From an uncultured archaeon (GTDB lineage Archaea > Asgardarchaeota > Lokiarchaeia > Sigyniarchaeales > Promethearchaeaceae): a DNA stretch of 18,405 bases. The stretch covers positions 1 through 18,405 of the forward strand of contig CAYRPF010000068.1 in the NCBI GenBank assembly GCA_964426185.1, given 5' to 3'. Every line of letters begins with the position of its first letter. Position 1 is the stretch's first letter. A model generated the notes under the pieces. The model ran no database searches, had not been told where the DNA came from, and was given only the letters and a program-made list of their open reading frames with translations. Of the stretch, positions 14,913 to 18,405 are shown one piece after another. Made by a program: the position numbers and the translations under genes.

Positions 14913-17237
14913 TTACTCAGCATTCTCTGTATTCTCTGAATTCTCTGTATTATCATTACTGTCATTATTTTCGGAATTATTTTCGATTATTTCTGCGTCC
15001 TCAACCTTAGAGTTTTCGCTACTGCTCATTTCTTCAGCCTTTCTTGGGATATCGGTGATTTTTTTACCGGTGACCATCAGCTCGAGAATTTGGTTGAGGC
15101 GCGGAACCATATTAGCCGGTTCAGGAAGATCGCCTTCCGCCAGCAAGCAGTTTTCGAACATCTGTTCGATAACTGGGTCGATCATTTCATTATCGGGATT
15201 CTCTTGATATAAGTTAACCAATTTGGAAACCATTTCATGATCTGGATTGAATTCGAAGATTTTTCGGGGAATCTGGAATGATTTATCTAAACTGGTTTGA
15301 GTCCAATACCTCATCGCACGTTGCATGCTGGAAGTCATACCTGTGGATGGATTTGCCAATCGACATGCATTTTTATACAACCTATCTGAAACTCGTGCAT
15401 CGATGATTTTATCCCCTAACAAGGCTTTTACATGATCTAAAAACACTTTCATTTCAGGAGAACCCGCATCACTTTCTTCGTCATCAGATGTTTTTTCTGA
15501 TTCATCATCTTTTGCTTCTCCTTTCTTCTTATCTTCAGTAACATCTATGGGTTTGAAGGGATATGTTTTTTCTTTAACTTTTTTATCTTCTTCACCTTCT
15601 TTTGCCTCATCTTTCTTTTCTGATTCTTCAGTTTCTCCACTTTCTTCACCTTCAAGTTCTACTGTGTAATCGTGGACATTCATCATCAAGAAATTATCAA
15701 TGGGTTGATCAAAGAAAATAACTTCATAGTCTTTCTGTTCATAATAACCTAAATGAGGAGATAATCGCATGCTATCAAGATTTTCACCAATTAAATAATA
15801 GATTTCATCTTGACCTTCTTGCATTCGATCTACATATTCTTTTAAGCTGATATATTCATCTTCTCCTGTTTTATTTGTGCGGAATCGCAAAAGTTCTAGA
15901 AGTTTTTCTTTACGTGCAAAATCGGTAACTATTCCTTCTTTAACAAAGGGACCAAATTCTTTCCAGAAAGTTTTATATTTTTCGGGATCATCTTGGGCGA
16001 GTTCCATCATCTCTTTAAAGAAGCGTTTAACAATAAGACCTTCAATTTTCATGATTAATCGGTCGGTCTGAATAGTTTCTCGGCTGATATTCAAAGGTAT
16101 ATCATCGGATTCTACAATTCCATAGACAAACCGCATCCATTGAGGCACGATTTCCTTAGATTTTTCCATAATCATTACATTTTTAGAATAAAGTGCTAAA
16201 CCGTATTCTACCTCGGGACGGAGTAAGTCTTGCGATTTTGATTCTGGTATAAATAGGATTGCCCGGAATTGAACTCTACCGTCAACTTTATAGTTAATTA
16301 CTTTAAGGTAATTATCATACCGTTTCGAGATATAGTGATAAAAGTTTAAGTAATCATCATCGGTGATTTCTGATTTACCACGTTTCCAGATAGGATTGAT
16401 CTGATTTACAGGAGTTCGTTCCGGTTCTTTTTCTTCTTCAGTAGCACTCTCTGATGCACTTTCTGAACCACTTTCTGATGCACTTTCCGGGGAACTTTCC
16501 GAATCTGCTGAATCAGCTGAATCCACTTCAGTTTTAGATTCTTCTTCTAAATCCACTTCAACTTTTTCTTCCGGTTTCTTAATCTCAGAAACATATATTG
16601 GAAATGGGACAAAATTCGAATATTTTTTAATTATACTCTCAATCCGATAGCTTTGAAGATATTCTGAGTTGTCTTCGTTTAGATATAAAATGACATCAGT
16701 TCCGCGATGAGATTTTTCAGCTGGATCAATTTCAAATTTACCACTACCGTCTGAAACCCACATATAGGCAGGTTCTCCCTTTTTGTAGGATTTAGAAAGA
16801 ACTTCTACCTTCTTAGCCACCATAAATACTGAATAAAATCCAATTCCGAATTGCCCAATGATATCTAAATCAATTTCTTTTTTCTCTTGAGATTCTTGTT
16901 TGGACTGTTCAAGTTGTTCTAAAAACTTTTGCGAGCCACTTCCTGCAATAGTTCCTAAATTTTGAATCATTTCATCTTTAGTCATCCCAATTCCAGTATC
17001 ACGGACTATCAGTTTATTTGCTTCTTGATCTAAAATTATTTCAATTTCTTGAGGCAAGTCGGGATCTTCAATATCTTTTTCAGATAATCCTATAAAATGC
17101 ATCTTTTTTAACGCATCAGAAGAATTACTGACTAATTCTCGCAAAAAGATCTCTTTGTGTTGATACAATGATTTACTCAAAATATCCAGAAGTTTCTTAA
17201 TTTCAGCTTTGAATTCATGTGTTTGTGCTTCAGTCAT
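14913..17237 (-). CDS. htpG: Hsp90-family chaperone (HtpG) with extended acidic linker, second acidic insert and acidic C-terminal tail
   Basis: FLRELVSNSSDA, DTGIGMT, NLGTIAGSG, IGQFGIGFYS, IPLNISRE (catalytic Arg), YVDRM and EFNPDH. SD GGTGAT. Confidence 0.95.
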   Translation of the reverse strand: MTEAQTHEFKAEIKKLLDILSKSLYQHKEIFLRELVSNSSDALKKMHFIGLSEKDIEDPDLPQEIEIILDQEANKLIVRDTGIGMTKDEMIQNLGTIAGSGSQKFLEQLEQSKQESQEKKEIDLDIIGQFGIGFYSVFMVAKKVEVLSKSYKKGEPAYMWVSDGSGKFEIDPAEKSHRGTDVILYLNEDNSEYLQSYRIESIIKKYSNFVPFPIYVSEIKKPEEKVEVDLEEESKTEVDSADSADSESSPESASESGSESASESATEEEKEPERTPVNQINPIWKRGKSEITDDDYLNFYHYISKRYDNYLKVINYKVDGRVQFRAILFIPESKSQDLLRPEVEYGLALYSKNVMIMEKSKEIVPQWMRFVYGIVESDDIPLNISRETIQTDRLIMKIEGLIVKRFFKEMMELAQDDPEKYKTFWKEFGPFVKEGIVTDFARKEKLLELLRFRTNKTGEDEYISLKEYVDRMQEGQDEIYYLIGENLDSMRLSPHLGYYEQKDYEVIFFDQPIDNFLMMNVHDYTVELEGEESGETEESEKKDEAKEGEEDKKVKEKTYPFKPIDVTEDKKKGEAKDDESEKTSDDEESDAGSPEMKVFLDHVKALLGDKIIDARVSDRLYKNACRLANPSTGMTSSMQRAMRYWTQTSLDKSFQIPRKIFEFNPDHEMVSKLVNLYQENPDNEMIDPVIEQMFENCLLAEGDLPEPANMVPRLNQILELMVTGKKITDIPRKAEEMSSSENSKVEDAEIIENNSENNDSNDNTENSENTENAE
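14922..14948 (-). repeat. 9-bp coding tandem repeat x3 in the HtpG tail (TEN/SEN/TEN)
   Basis: ATTCTCTGT ATTCTCTGA ATTCTCTGT on the plus strand. Confidence 0.8.
16444..16503 (-). repeat. 12-bp coding tandem repeat x5 in the HtpG charged linker (SESA/SESG units)
   Basis: GCACTCTCTGAT GCACTTTCTGAA CCACTTTCTGAT GCACTTTCCGGG GAACTTTCCGAA on the plus strand. Confidence 0.8.
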
Positions 17238-17536
17238 TATTAATCACCATTTGGTTTGTAAATTGTATACGTCGTCATCAATCATTAAGGAAGATTAAAA
17301 AACGTGTCTTATATAATATAATGAAAGATCATATTAAAACTTCTACCGAAGTCTTCAAAATCAAATTTCAAAGAAACTTATGGAATATAATGATTTTTTT
17401 TCAAATCTTTAGAAGAATATAATCTGTCAATTCTAATACTGCCTTGAAATTCACGAATAATTAAATATATTTGTAGGGTTAATCTAAATCGAGAAATTTT
17501 ATAAAAAGGCAAGTCATAATAAATTATAAGAATATA

Positions 17537-18292
17537 ATGCCAGATCTAAGAAAAAATCAGATTTTTTTGGGAAATGCCTTGGAAATTTTACCCATTATTC
17601 CAGATAAGTCAATTGATTTGATGATTACAGATCCTCCCTTTTATATTATGACAAAAAAAAACATCAAGTTCAAACATCGCACCGATATAGTTCAAACCGC
17701 TCATTTTGATCAATTTGATAGCTACGATAATTTTTTACAATTTACAGAATCTTGGCTTAAAATTATTGTTAAAAAAATGAAAGATGATGCTTCAGCATAT
17801 ATTTTTTTTGGTGCTCAATATATTACTGATTTAATTAGAATTTGTGAAAAATTAAATATGCGTTATAAGGGAATTATAGTATGGCATAAAACGAATCCTG
17901 CTCCTAAAATACGAAAATCAGGATATCTTTCTTCAACTGAACTAATATTGTTTATGGTGAAAGGTAAACCAGTTTTTAATTTTCTAGGTCAAAAAAAAAT
18001 GCATAATTTAATCGAAACCCCTATTTGTCAGCGTCCAGAACGACTGGTAAATCCAAAACCAAATTCAAAGCGAAAATACAAAACTTTACATCCAACACAA
18101 AAACCAGAATCTTTAATAGAACATTTAATCCTGGTCTCTTCAAACCCGAACCAATTAGTTTGCGATCCTTTCGCAGGAACTGGAACAATAAACAAAGTGT
18201 GTCAAAAATTGAATCGATATTGCATAGGGATTGAAATTAATCCAGATTATTATCAAGCAGCTATCGAACGACTTAATCATTTAAATAAATAA
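17537..18292 (+). CDS. Orphan beta-class N6-adenine/N4-cytosine DNA methyltransferase
   Basis: Motif IV TDPPF near the N-terminus, HPTQKP, and motif I DPFAGTG near the C-terminus. No restriction enzyme gene is adjacent. Confidence 0.9.
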   Translation: MPDLRKNQIFLGNALEILPIIPDKSIDLMITDPPFYIMTKKNIKFKHRTDIVQTAHFDQFDSYDNFLQFTESWLKIIVKKMKDDASAYIFFGAQYITDLIRICEKLNMRYKGIIVWHKTNPAPKIRKSGYLSSTELILFMVKGKPVFNFLGQKKMHNLIETPICQRPERLVNPKPNSKRKYKTLHPTQKPESLIEHLILVSSNPNQLVCDPFAGTGTINKVCQKLNRYCIGIEINPDYYQAAIERLNHLNK

Positions 18293-18340
18293 CTTCACTT
18301 CTAAATTTAATTTATTCGATTATATTTTTGGTATTAATTA

Positions 18341-18384
18341 GGAAAAAAAGAAAGAAATGCCCGAAGGCGATTAGCCTTCGGTGC
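18341..18384 (-). terminator. GC-rich hairpin plus U-tract directly downstream of the 16S 3' end
   Basis: CCGAAGGC (18361-18368) and GCCTTCGG (18374-18381) form a perfect 8-bp stem with a 5-nt loop, followed on the minus strand by TTTCTTTCTTTTTTT. Confidence 0.65.
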
Positions 18385-18391
18385 GTGTTGT

Positions 18392-18405
18392 AGGAGGTGA
18401 TCCAG
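18392..18405 (-). rRNA. 3' terminus of 16S rRNA (partial, at the window edge)
   Basis: The minus strand reads CTGGATCACCTCCT, the conserved 16S 3' end including the anti-SD. Only 14 nt are visible. Confidence 0.7.

Noticed and set aside
17238-17536. CIRCE or other heat-shock operator upstream of htpG, and the 67-aa ORF at 17219-17422
   Set aside because: No TTAGCACTC-N9-GAGTGCTAA or other clear palindrome. The ORF overlaps the htpG start and promoter and has no recognisable features.

Overview
Archaeal-type chromosomal window, inferred to be from an Asgard (Lokiarchaeia-like) anaerobe. The inference rests on gene content (HdrABC/MvhD, tungsten AOR, Hsp90), GGTGA/GGAGG Shine-Dalgarno motifs and very AT-rich spacers; it is not proven. 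The core is a redox cluster: an AOR/WOR oxidoreductase with its 4x[4Fe-4S] partner, mvhD-hdrA-hdrC on the minus strand, and a divergent hdrB plus a FwdF-like polyferredoxin on the plus strand. Two Hdr subunits carry appendages absent from canonical methanogen Hdr: HdrB is fused in-frame to about 7 N-terminal TPR repeats, and HdrC ends in an 83-aa Lys-rich, histone-H1-like tail. Nearby are an aldo/keto reductase, an FTR1 iron permease with a candidate DtxR-type operator, an Hsp90/HtpG with three long acidic segments, and an orphan beta-class DNA methyltransferase. The last 14 nt match the 3' end of a 16S rRNA gene, followed at once by a terminator-like hairpin, which suggests an unlinked 16S. 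The most promising undescribed system is the decorated Hdr complex (TPR-HdrB plus polybasic HdrC, no Mvh hydrogenase in the cluster), possibly wired to AOR/FwdF and possibly engaged by the neighbouring Hsp90. All calls come from reading motifs by eye; no searches were run.
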